A stretch of DNA of 64,000 nucleotides from Patescibacteria group bacterium. Lineage in GTDB: Bacteria; Patescibacteriota; Minisyncoccia; Phycocordibacterales; SBAW01. Location of the stretch: the NCBI GenBank assembly GCA_019752125.1, contig JAIEMM010000002.1, positions 67,062 through 131,061 on the forward strand, in the 5' to 3' direction. The first letter of the stretch is position 1. Each line of letters starts with the position of its first letter. Positions 9,357 through 18,000 of the stretch are shown here, piece by piece. Below the pieces are notes generated by a model, which was not told the origin of the DNA, ran no database searches, and saw only the letters and a program-made list of their open reading frames with translations. Made by a program: the position numbers and the translations under genes.

Positions 9357-10394
9357 CTAAATATGTTTTGCGAGGCGCGATACATGTTCAACAAGCGCAT
9401 GCGTATATCCCATCTCGTTGTCGTACCATGCCATCACCTTCACCAAATTTCCGTCAATAACACGCGTAAGAGAAAGGTCTGCGATAGATGCAAAAGCGCT
9501 TCCTACAATATCGCTTGAGACGAGAGGCTCATCTGTTACAGAAAATACTGGTTTCCATCGCGCATCGGCCGCTGCCTTTTTCAACAAATCATTTACTTCT
9601 TGCGTACTCGTCGGACGCTTTGAAATAAACGTTACATCAGCAATAGACCCTGCAATAATAGGTACGCGCAGTGAGATGCCGTCAAACTTGCCCGCAAGCG
9701 CAGGCACCGCCTTTGTTACCGCAACAGCGGCCCCCGTTGAAGATGGCACGATATTGTGCGCGCCCGCGCGGCCATCACGAAAGTCTTCTTTAAGTTTTGC
9801 TTTCTTTACTGGACCATCGACTAAGTTTTGTGATGCAGTGTAGCCATGTGTCGTAGACAGCACCGCCTTTTCAATACCAAGACCTTCTTCCAAAATCTGG
9901 ATAAGCGGACTTGCTGCATTTGTCGTACACGATGCGTTAGATGTAATCATCGCGCCCTCAAACTTGTCATCATTGATGCCGACCAAGATAGTTGCGCCGG
10001 CAATACCTTCTGGCGCTTCATCTTTAACTGGCGCAGTGATCACTACCCTCTTGGCCCCGGCACTAAGGTGGACTTTTGCTTTTTCAAAACTCGTAAAGAA
10101 ACCTGTGCTTTCTACCACAATATCTACACCGAGTTTGCCCCACGGCAATTTTGCAGGATCTGCTTCTGCATATACAGGAATCTGTTTACCATCAATTATA
10201 AGAGAATGTTCTCCTGCTTCAACAGAAAAGTCCGCTCTGCCATAGACGCTGTCGTACTTAAGTAAGTATCCCAGATTTTCCGCATCGCCTAAATCGTTTA
10301 TTGCGACAATCTCAAACTCAGGACGCTCATGCGCGACACGCATAAACGCACGACCTATTCTTCCAAACCCATTGATTGCAATTTTCACTGACAT
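9357..10394 (-). CDS. gap: Glyceraldehyde-3-phosphate dehydrogenase
   Basis: NGFGRIGR NAD-binding motif and the active site ASCTTNA. Confidence 0.95.
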   Translation of the reverse strand: MSVKIAINGFGRIGRAFMRVAHERPEFEIVAINDLGDAENLGYLLKYDSVYGRADFSVEAGEHSLIIDGKQIPVYAEADPAKLPWGKLGVDIVVESTGFFTSFEKAKVHLSAGAKRVVITAPVKDEAPEGIAGATILVGINDDKFEGAMITSNASCTTNAASPLIQILEEGLGIEKAVLSTTHGYTASQNLVDGPVKKAKLKEDFRDGRAGAHNIVPSSTGAAVAVTKAVPALAGKFDGISLRVPIIAGSIADVTFISKRPTSTQEVNDLLKKAAADARWKPVFSVTDEPLVSSDIVGSAFASIADLSLTRVIDGNLVKVMAWYDNEMGYTHALVEHVSRLAKHI

Positions 10395-10475
10395 GCATAT
10401 ATTTTACCACTGACTTTATCTTCCCCCTATGCTCAGATTACTAGCAACTCATCTCATATCAGTACACTACAAAGT

Positions 10476-10494
10476 GGCGAGGTCCGACCTCGCC
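10476..10494. repeat. REP-like 19-bp palindrome GGCGAGGTCCGACCTCGCC, copy 1, just upstream of the RAYT start
   Basis: Near-perfect inverted repeat seen directly in the sequence. Two more copies are at 10668-10686 and 11174-11192. Confidence 0.55.
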
Positions 10495-10504
10495 CAAATA
10501 TTTC

Positions 10505-11170
10505 ATGTCGAGAAAGATCTCAATCGTTCCAGGTGAGTTTTACCACCTATATAACCGTGGTACGGAAAGAAGAAATGTATTTATGGATAATACCGACTAT
10601 CGCCGATTCCAAAGTCTACTTTATCTAGCAAATAGCATTTTACCTATCCATTTTGACCATATTAAACCGCGAGGTCGGACCTCGCCCGATATATATCTCC
10701 TTCAACGTAAGAATCTACTGGTTGAGGTGTGTGCATATACCATGATGCCTAATCATTTTCATATCTTGGTAAAGGAAAAAGTCGAGGGTGGAATAAGCCA
10801 TTTTATACAAAAACTTAGTACGGCGTATACGATGTACTTCAATAAAAAGAATGGGCGAAATGGTGTTCTGTTCCAAGGTAAATATAAAATAGTCCATGTG
10901 GACAATGACCAATACTTGAAATACTTGGTCTCCTATATTCACCTCAATCCAATAAAACTTATCGAACCGACATGGAAAGAAACGGGTATTAAAGATAGGG
11001 CTAAAGCTAAGGAATATCTTGCCACTTTCCCCTATTCAAGCTATCCAGATTTTCTGGGCGAACAACGACCGGAAAAGGCAATTATTTCAACACAGAGCCT
11101 CCCGATTTATTTCAACACCACAAAAGATTTTGAAGCTGAAGTTACGGACTGGCTAAGCTACGAAAAATAG
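10505..11170 (+). CDS. IS200/IS605-family HuH Y1 transposase, REP-associated tyrosine transposase (RAYT)-like
   Basis: HuH motif MMPNHFHILV and catalytic tyrosine region KYLVSYIHLNPIK. Flanked by REP-like palindromes. Confidence 0.75.
   Translation: MSRKISIVPGEFYHLYNRGTERRNVFMDNTDYRRFQSLLYLANSILPIHFDHIKPRGRTSPDIYLLQRKNLLVEVCAYTMMPNHFHILVKEKVEGGISHFIQKLSTAYTMYFNKKNGRNGVLFQGKYKIVHVDNDQYLKYLVSYIHLNPIKLIEPTWKETGIKDRAKAKEYLATFPYSSYPDFLGEQRPEKAIISTQSLPIYFNTTKDFEAEVTDWLSYEK
10668..10686. repeat. REP-like palindrome copy 2 (CGCGAGGTCGGACCTCGCC), inverted orientation, inside the RAYT coding sequence
   Basis: Reverse complement of copy 1 apart from 1 nt. It encodes PRGRTSP within the transposase. Confidence 0.45.
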
Positions 11171-11173
11171 GCT

Positions 11174-11192
11174 GGCAAGGTCCGACCTTGCC
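11174..11192. repeat. REP-like palindrome copy 3 (GGCAAGGTCCGACCTTGCC) between the RAYT stop and the giant-gene stop
   Basis: Same orientation as copy 1 with a compensatory G-C to A-T change at the paired positions 4/16. It lies between two convergent stop codons (11168-70 and 11194-96) and could act as a bidirectional terminator. Confidence 0.5.
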
Positions 11193-11193
11193 A

Positions 11194-14100
11194 TTACTGG
11201 ACGATGACGGTGCGGGTTGCGGTACCTGTGTTGCCCGCAGCGTCAGTTGCGCTAAAGAGGATGGTGTAGGTGGTTGAAGTTGAAGTATCGAGAGTCAGCG
11301 CAGAGATATCCATGCGTGGGCCGCCATCAACAGAAACCTGGAAGCCAAGATTCTGGTCAACATTGTCGGTTACGGTTGCGCCCATGTCACTGTAGGTTGA
11401 ACCGATAGAGATAGTTGCTGGATTATTCCCCTGCAAGATAATTGTTGGTGCTACTGTGTCTGTTGAAGTTGCATTACCACCATTTCCTCCCCCGCTTCCA
11501 TTGCCGCCTGTTTGTGGTGAGCCTGTCGAACCCACACCAGAGAGCAGCGAGTCGAGCTGGGCCTTGGTGATACAGGTTTCTCCGCCTGCGTCTGAGAGGC
11601 AGACTTGGTCGGTGTGAACTTCTTTTGCATAGACTTTGTTGAAGATACCGACAGTTGCTGAGATTGCTCCGTTAAACGCACGTACCACCATCGAACCGAG
11701 TCCGCTGATAGCTGAGTTAAGTGTTGATGAGAATCCGCTGACGACTGGGCTTGTTGTAGAAGCTGTAAGAGTTTGGGTTGTTGAGGTTGCCATTGAAGAA
11801 AGTGTGTCGAGTGCCATGTCGCTTACATAGAGGTCTGACTTGATGAACACTTCGATAGTGCCTGTGTTGCTGCTTGTTGCCATCTGCGCAGTCCATGGCT
11901 GGAGCGCAACACCGATGCGGTATGTTGCTGAAGTTGCTTTTGTAGCAACACCTTCTGTTGATGAAAGTACGATCGAGTCGCCTACTGCGATATCGCCGCC
12001 TTCAAGGTTTACCTTCACTGGTACGCGGCCTGAGAGTGCGACCGGCTTGGTTGTTGAAGCGGCCAACGCATCGGCACCGCCGAGGATAAGACCTGGATTG
12101 CTTGAGATAACACCGAGGGTCTTAGCACCTGCCTTTGCCTTCTCTATATATAGAGGGTTTTGAGGATCAAGCGCTACGACATCGCCGGCTGCAAGTGTCT
12201 GGTCGTTTGTTGCGTAGCGTTCAGCAACGTCGTAGTTACCAGTGTTTGCTGCAGTGTAGTAGATATTTCCTGGAGTTGTGCCGCAGGCAACCGTTGCGCC
12301 AGCGCCAACCGAGAAGCAACCTGAACCAACGACTGTGAGGTTTGAAGTTGGAGAGCTTGTACCGATACCAACATTTCCTGCATTTGTAACTGCAAACAAC
12401 GTTGTGGTTGCAGTTGCGGTTGAAGAGCCGATTGCAAACAGCGTTGTGTTGAGATCGCCGTTTTGTGCATGGACAGAAAGTTTTGCAAACGGAGTTGTTG
12501 AGCCAACACCTGTGTTGTTGCCAGCAGCACCTGCGGTTACATAGAAGCCGCGTGACGTAGATGCTGTGGTTCCTTCAAAGGCGCTCAAAAGATACGTGCC
12601 GTTGCCAGCGTTTGTACCAACCGTAAGAGTTGGGTTGACGAGCAAGGCAGACCATTTGCCTGCACCTCCACCGTTTGAAATTGAAGTAGTGACGCTGAGG
12701 CCAGAGCCGTGCTGTGTCGTATATCCAGATACATTGGTACTTCCTTGAATAGCGAACTGGGAGGTGTTTGAAGTTCCAGTACGAGAGATAGACGCACCGT
12801 TTGCATATACCTGGAACAGTGTGCCTCCTGCGTTTACCGCCAATCCCGAAACATTAGCGGTTGAACCACTGCCTGTGTTGATAGCCACATCTCCTTGGTT
12901 GTTTACGGTAAACAACGTCGTCGTTGCTGTTCCGGTAGACGACGCGATCAAGAACATGTTTGGTACCGCGCCATCAGTTCCCATTGGCGTTGCAACAGTA
13001 AGATATGCAAGGCTAGGAGACGTTGTGCCAATACCAAGACCCACCGAAGAGCTATTTCTTATATTCTTTATAGATATAGAGTTTGAAGCGTTCGAGGCGC
13101 CGCCTACCGTCAACAACAACTTCGTATTGGCAGACAGGAGCATGTCGCCCGTGGTAACACCTGAGTTATTACCTGTGCCCGCACTGTTGAACGCAAACCC
13201 ACCAAGAACTGGAGTAGTTGGAGAGTACGCATCGTTGTACATACGGAACATCCATGGACCTGAGCTCGGCGCGTGCAATTCAAGACAATTGTCTGAGGAA
13301 CCAGCACTTGCAGAACATTGAACCTTAAAGAAAGAGTTGTTGGTGTTTGCAGTCGTGCCAAACAAGACGCGGTGGTCTTGTGTAATAAGCATTTCAGATT
13401 GTGTTGACGAACCTACAGCAAACGCTGGAACTCCTGCAGCAAGACTTGATGTATCCACTGAAAGACGTGCGAGTGGAGTAGTTGAACCGATACCGATGTT
13501 GCCTCCACCAAGTGCTGTCAAAACAGGGGTTTTTGCGTTCATCATTCGTATCTGGAACGCTGCACTCGTACTATTGTAGTTATTTCCAATATACGCAGTA
13601 GTAGCGCCCGCTGCGCTATATCCACTGTAAGCAAAGTATAGTGGTTCATCTCCTGCGCTGTCGCTCCATCTAATTGCTTCCCCGTAAGCCGCCCCTGAAC
13701 CTGCCACACTTAAGTTAGATGAAGGTGCCGCTGTACCGACGCCGACGTTGCCAGTATTTGTAACTGCAAACAACGTTGTAGTTGCTGTTGGAGTTGATGA
13801 CGCAATTGCAAACAAGGTTGAAAGACTGCCGGTTGCGCCTGCTGGTGTTGCAATGGAAAGCTGAGCATATGGGGAGGTGGTTCCAATGCCGACGTTGCCC
13901 GCAGATGTGACAGTGAGGAGCGCACTTCCGTATCGAGCGGTTGCACGACCAGCACTTGAATCTAACACACTTGTCCTGCGAGCAATGACAAACGCGTCAC
14001 TGCTTCCAAGACTATCACCGCCGTACGGCCTGCCAGTAAACCATTCAGTCTGACCAGTGGTGTCGTAGTAGTAATTACCGAGACCGCGATAGTTTGTGGA

Positions 14101-17100
14101 AGTGTCTTCTGTTTTAAAGATAGCGCTTGCAGCAGTCCAATCAGTACTATTTACGCTACCATCGATAAGCATCGCGGTTGAATTTACGCCTGTTTGATAT
14201 ATATGGAGAGGCTTCGATGGAGAGGTGGTTCCAATGCCGACATTACCACCATTTAAATAACTTACACCGTTTGAGGCAAAGTTAATTGTCCTTGTATTAC
14301 CGTTCCAGATATCAAGCGTCTGGGCGACCGTACCATTACGCGCATCATAGAGACGCACAGCTCCGTTTGCAGGAGAGAGGTATAGGGTACTATTAGCCGA
14401 ACCAGAATTACTGAAGAGATACGCTCCATCCGTCGTCGTTCGAATATCCAACGACGCATTACCCGCCCCCTGCTGCACTGTAAGGGCAGAGCTAGAAGAA
14501 GGAGTCGACGTGCCTATGGCAACTTGACCAAGATTGTTTATTGCAAACAACGTTGTAGTTGCTGTTGGAGTTGAAGATGCGATAGCAAAAAGTGTTGTCT
14601 GGCTACCTGTTGCGCCTGCTGGTGTTGCAATGGAAAGCTGTGCATATGGAGAGGTGGTTCCAAGACCAAGATTACCTGCACTTGTGATACGCAAACGCTC
14701 AGAAGGAGCTGTGGTTGAATTAGTCGAATTACGTGTAAGGAAAATGAGATCACCCATTGTGGCAGCGGTGGCATCGGTCTCTATATACCCAATACTTGCT
14801 GGTGCGAGAGCGGTAACGCCATTGACATACCCGAACCCTATAAGTCGCTGTGAACCTACGCCATATTCACGACCGCCAAGTTGTAGGTAGTTCGAGTTCG
14901 CTACTGTTGTGGCGCCAAGATTTAAGTCTCCTTGGCTGCGAGCAAGTCTGACAAGCCCACGTTGAAGAGGTGTTCCAACAATATCTGTCAATACATCAGG
15001 AGCCGCAGTTCCAATTCCAACATTTCCTGCGAAGTATGCATTGCCAGTGGTGGTTGCCCCTCCATATATAGTGAGACCTGTTGTTTGAGTGCCACCACCG
15101 ATAGTTGAAGATGCAAACGCTGTGAAGCCACCAGCAAAACTTGAAGCTGTGGTTGATGTTGCTGTGAAGTAGCCTGCGATTGCCTGATTGCCTAAGGTTG
15201 AAGAACCTTCAACAGAGAGTTTGTATGCAGGTGAAGTAGTGCCAATGCCGACGTTGCGGCTGGAATCTATGCGCATTGCTTCTCCGCTGTTGGTCCAGAA
15301 TGAGACAGCTCCCGTTGAAGTTTGGTTAACGATTTCTATATTGTTTTGACGGTTTGCCGTTGCAAACGCTGAACCTATTTGGTTGATACCCCCCTTGGCC
15401 GTACTATTTTCCTTGAAGCTTATTTGGCTCAGGCCACTCGCGTTCGTGTTGTCGAACGTAAATATTGGTGTCGATCCAGAAACGTACAGGAGACTACCTG
15501 GTGAAGTTGTGCCAAGGCCAAGATTGCCTGCATTATCGATAACCACTTTCGTAGAACCCAAAGTTTGGAATGTAAACCCAAGTGAGTTAGTTCCTGTAGG
15601 AGTCGTGTTCGAACTATCGGTTGTAGAATTGAAAACAATTGGTTTTGAAGTGTTTGTGCCCGTGTAACCCTTAATAACGTTGCCGCCCGCACCCGTCTGG
15701 ATAGCAAGGTACTGTGTACTGTTTCGTCTAAATATTGCAGTGTCTGTATTGTCCGCTGTTTCTGTAATATCGAGCAATGCTGTCGGAGCAGTATTGTTTA
15801 TGCCGACAAACCCGCTGTTAAGAACAGTAAACAGAGTCGTCGTTGCCGTTGCGGTTGAAGAGCCGATGGCAAAGAGTGTTGTGTTTGTGTCACCGTTGTT
15901 TGCCTGGATTGCAAAACGAGCGAATGGAGATGTCGAACCAACACCAAGCTGGCCGGTTGCATATTTTGAACCGGTTGTTGAATTGCCCGTACCAAAGAGG
16001 ATGTTTGCAATGTTTATTTGGTTAGACGCTGTCCCATCCGCCACCGAAACATCATTGCCAATAAGAATGTTGTTTGCTCCACTAGTGATGTTTGAATTTG
16101 CGAGTGTCGAAGCCGCACCAAGCACAATGTTTTTTGAACCAGTCGTGATTAAGTTTCCTGCACCATACCCTATAAAGGTATTGTAATCTGCGCCTGTCAT
16201 GATGCCGTATCCAGCTCGGTACCCAACAGCCGTGTACCCTTGCGCGCTGTAGACACCGTTTGAACCGTGCGCCGCAGAAGATCCTATAGCTACTGATGAT
16301 GTAGCCGATGTGTTTTGACGGCTTGCATTTGTTCCAACGGCAACGTTATCTGAGCCGGTAACACTTTGGTCCATCGCGGTGCGTCCAATAGCAACGTTAT
16401 TTGAACCCGTTCTGTTGTTATCAAGTGCGTATCTACCGCCGATGGCAACGTTAGCAGAACCAGTTGTGTTGTTGCCCAACGCACCGGAACCAAAGGCGGC
16501 GTTTTCGGTACCAGTCGTGTTTAAGGTAAGCGCAGAAGAACCAAAGGCGCTGTTGCCGTCAGCTGTATTTGCTGCAAGTGCATTGTAACCAAACGCTGTG
16601 AGGTCAGTAACAACAGCGCCACCCGCAGACGGGAGTGTGTTAAGGGCACGATACCCAAAGGCTGTTGTGCGGATCACGGTCGACGTCGCATTAAACCATG
16701 TGCCACCTGACTGTCCGCCAAAGGTCGAGAAGTTGGTGCTTGATGCATAGAGCACTGAGTTGCCATCTATCTGGTATCCACCAGTCGCACCCGCGGCATT
16801 AAAGAAACCGGAAGTAAATATATTCCCTGCAACCGAGAGTCTTTGGCCTGGCGTTGTGGTGCCGATGCCAATGTTGCCGCCGGATTGAAGTGTAAGACGG
16901 TCGGCAGTGTCATAAAAGCGCAAGTCATTCCCGACTAGGTACTGAACCCACTTATCAGTTGCAGGAGTAGCTACATTGCGGAACGAAAGCCAGTTGGCAC
17001 TACTTCCGCCAGCGGTGATGACCAGAGACTCTCCGGAATTATTCGGATTGTAGACATGCAACATTCCAGCCGGGCTCGTAGTACCAATGCCGACGAGACC

Positions 17101-17682
17101 ATTATTGTCTATAACCATCTTCGTTGATGAATTGAAGTTTGCGGCACTTGCGCCCGCATTTGACGCAACCATAAAGCGCAACTTCGTTTCTCCTCCGAGT
17201 ACCCCGAGTGCCGCAACGTTTGCAGAAACTCCAACTCCGTTACCTGTTCCCAATTGCAACGCTGAAACATATGACCCTGTATTGTCGAGTGTGCCAGCGC
17301 GGATGACGGAGTCTCCAGAACCCACAACATCTAGTTTGTATGTAGGCGTTGTAGTGCCAATCCCAACATTGCCCGCAGAAGTGATGCGCATACGCTCTGC
17401 AACGCTCGCAGAGCCATCGGGGGTCGTAAGGAAAGATAGGTACCCTGGCGCATCTCCTGTACCTGTCCAGCCAGTATCAGCGACGCCAAGTATTTGAGCT
17501 CCTCGCAATGCGTTTCCACCAGCGGTTGTGCCAAAGAAATCAATTTGCCCCAGACCATCTCCTGCAGAGAGTTCTGCGCTTGGTCGACCTTTTTGCAGTG
17601 CCAATTTTGGCGCCGACGTATCGGCGCCGACGTAGTAGAGATTAAGCGAATTGCTGTTGATGGTCGAATAGTTGCGCAACAA
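11194..17682 (-). CDS. Giant repetitive extracellular protein (2162 aa as called). It has no signal peptide and is probably the C-terminal continuation of the upstream giant ORF
   Basis: Many GNVGIGTTSP-x-AKLSV modules and Hep_Hag/YadA-head-like repeats (NNVAIG, DNVAVG, SSVAIG), giving a G/T/S/A/N-rich beta-helix-like composition. C-terminal DUF5011-type Ig-like domain (TDTVAPTIILQGNNPATISIGSTYSDMGATVTDNVDQNLG...TYTILFSATDAAGNTGTATRTVIVQ). The called start is TTG (17680-82) with no ATG and no SD. The frame is open upstream to the TAA at 18001-18003. Confidence 0.8.
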   Translation of the reverse strand: MLRNYSTINSNSLNLYYVGADTSAPKLALQKGRPSAELSAGDGLGQIDFFGTTAGGNALRGAQILGVADTGWTGTGDAPGYLSFLTTPDGSASVAERMRITSAGNVGIGTTTPTYKLDVVGSGDSVIRAGTLDNTGSYVSALQLGTGNGVGVSANVAALGVLGGETKLRFMVASNAGASAANFNSSTKMVIDNNGLVGIGTTSPAGMLHVYNPNNSGESLVITAGGSSANWLSFRNVATPATDKWVQYLVGNDLRFYDTADRLTLQSGGNIGIGTTTPGQRLSVAGNIFTSGFFNAAGATGGYQIDGNSVLYASSTNFSTFGGQSGGTWFNATSTVIRTTAFGYRALNTLPSAGGAVVTDLTAFGYNALAANTADGNSAFGSSALTLNTTGTENAAFGSGALGNNTTGSANVAIGGRYALDNNRTGSNNVAIGRTAMDQSVTGSDNVAVGTNASRQNTSATSSVAIGSSAAHGSNGVYSAQGYTAVGYRAGYGIMTGADYNTFIGYGAGNLITTGSKNIVLGAASTLANSNITSGANNILIGNDVSVADGTASNQINIANILFGTGNSTTGSKYATGQLGVGSTSPFARFAIQANNGDTNTTLFAIGSSTATATTTLFTVLNSGFVGINNTAPTALLDITETADNTDTAIFRRNSTQYLAIQTGAGGNVIKGYTGTNTSKPIVFNSTTDSSNTTPTGTNSLGFTFQTLGSTKVVIDNAGNLGLGTTSPGSLLYVSGSTPIFTFDNTNASGLSQISFKENSTAKGGINQIGSAFATANRQNNIEIVNQTSTGAVSFWTNSGEAMRIDSSRNVGIGTTSPAYKLSVEGSSTLGNQAIAGYFTATSTTASSFAGGFTAFASSTIGGGTQTTGLTIYGGATTTGNAYFAGNVGIGTAAPDVLTDIVGTPLQRGLVRLARSQGDLNLGATTVANSNYLQLGGREYGVGSQRLIGFGYVNGVTALAPASIGYIETDATAATMGDLIFLTRNSTNSTTAPSERLRITSAGNLGLGTTSPYAQLSIATPAGATGSQTTLFAIASSTPTATTTLFAINNLGQVAIGTSTPSSSSALTVQQGAGNASLDIRTTTDGAYLFSNSGSANSTLYLSPANGAVRLYDARNGTVAQTLDIWNGNTRTINFASNGVSYLNGGNVGIGTTSPSKPLHIYQTGVNSTAMLIDGSVNSTDWTAASAIFKTEDTSTNYRGLGNYYYDTTGQTEWFTGRPYGGDSLGSSDAFVIARRTSVLDSSAGRATARYGSALLTVTSAGNVGIGTTSPYAQLSIATPAGATGSLSTLFAIASSTPTATTTLFAVTNTGNVGVGTAAPSSNLSVAGSGAAYGEAIRWSDSAGDEPLYFAYSGYSAAGATTAYIGNNYNSTSAAFQIRMMNAKTPVLTALGGGNIGIGSTTPLARLSVDTSSLAAGVPAFAVGSSTQSEMLITQDHRVLFGTTANTNNSFFKVQCSASAGSSDNCLELHAPSSGPWMFRMYNDAYSPTTPVLGGFAFNSAGTGNNSGVTTGDMLLSANTKLLLTVGGASNASNSISIKNIRNSSSVGLGIGTTSPSLAYLTVATPMGTDGAVPNMFLIASSTGTATTTLFTVNNQGDVAINTGSGSTANVSGLAVNAGGTLFQVYANGASISRTGTSNTSQFAIQGSTNVSGYTTQHGSGLSVTTSISNGGGAGKWSALLVNPTLTVGTNAGNGTYLLSAFEGTTASTSRGFYVTAGAAGNNTGVGSTTPFAKLSVHAQNGDLNTTLFAIGSSTATATTTLFAVTNAGNVGIGTSSPTSNLTVVGSGCFSVGAGATVACGTTPGNIYYTAANTGNYDVAERYATNDQTLAAGDVVALDPQNPLYIEKAKAGAKTLGVISSNPGLILGGADALAASTTKPVALSGRVPVKVNLEGGDIAVGDSIVLSSTEGVATKATSATYRIGVALQPWTAQMATSSNTGTIEVFIKSDLYVSDMALDTLSSMATSTTQTLTASTTSPVVSGFSSTLNSAISGLGSMVVRAFNGAISATVGIFNKVYAKEVHTDQVCLSDAGGETCITKAQLDSLLSGVGSTGSPQTGGNGSGGGNGGNATSTDTVAPTIILQGNNPATISIGSTYSDMGATVTDNVDQNLGFQVSVDGGPRMDISALTLDTSTSTTYTILFSATDAAGNTGTATRTVIVQ

Positions 17683-18000
17683 ATATCCACCGTTCTGTGC
17701 ATTACCGCCCGAGCTAATGGTAACGCCAGCAGCAAGAGTCGGGTCAGCATCAACTTTAAGTACGGGGACAGTACTTGTACCAACCGCAAACAGATACCCA
17801 CCTGCACCAGCATTTGGCGTACCTCCTCCAATAAGTAGCGCATGGGCAATCGTTGAAGTTGCGCTCCCGAGCGTCGTTGTTGCAGTGAAGGAGCCTGCGA
17901 GCGCATTAACACCGAGGTCAGATGAGCCATTAACTGAGAGGGCGCGCCATGGTGAGGTGGTGCCAACTCCAACGTTGCCGCCGCCTAGTATGGTCAGGCG

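Larger units (their letters stand above)
10476..11192 (+). mobile_element. REP-RAYT-REP unit (HuH transposase with flanking REP hairpins)
   Basis: Transposase CDS flanked by directly oriented 19-bp palindromes and wedged into the 800-bp space between gap and the giant adhesin gene. Confidence 0.55.
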
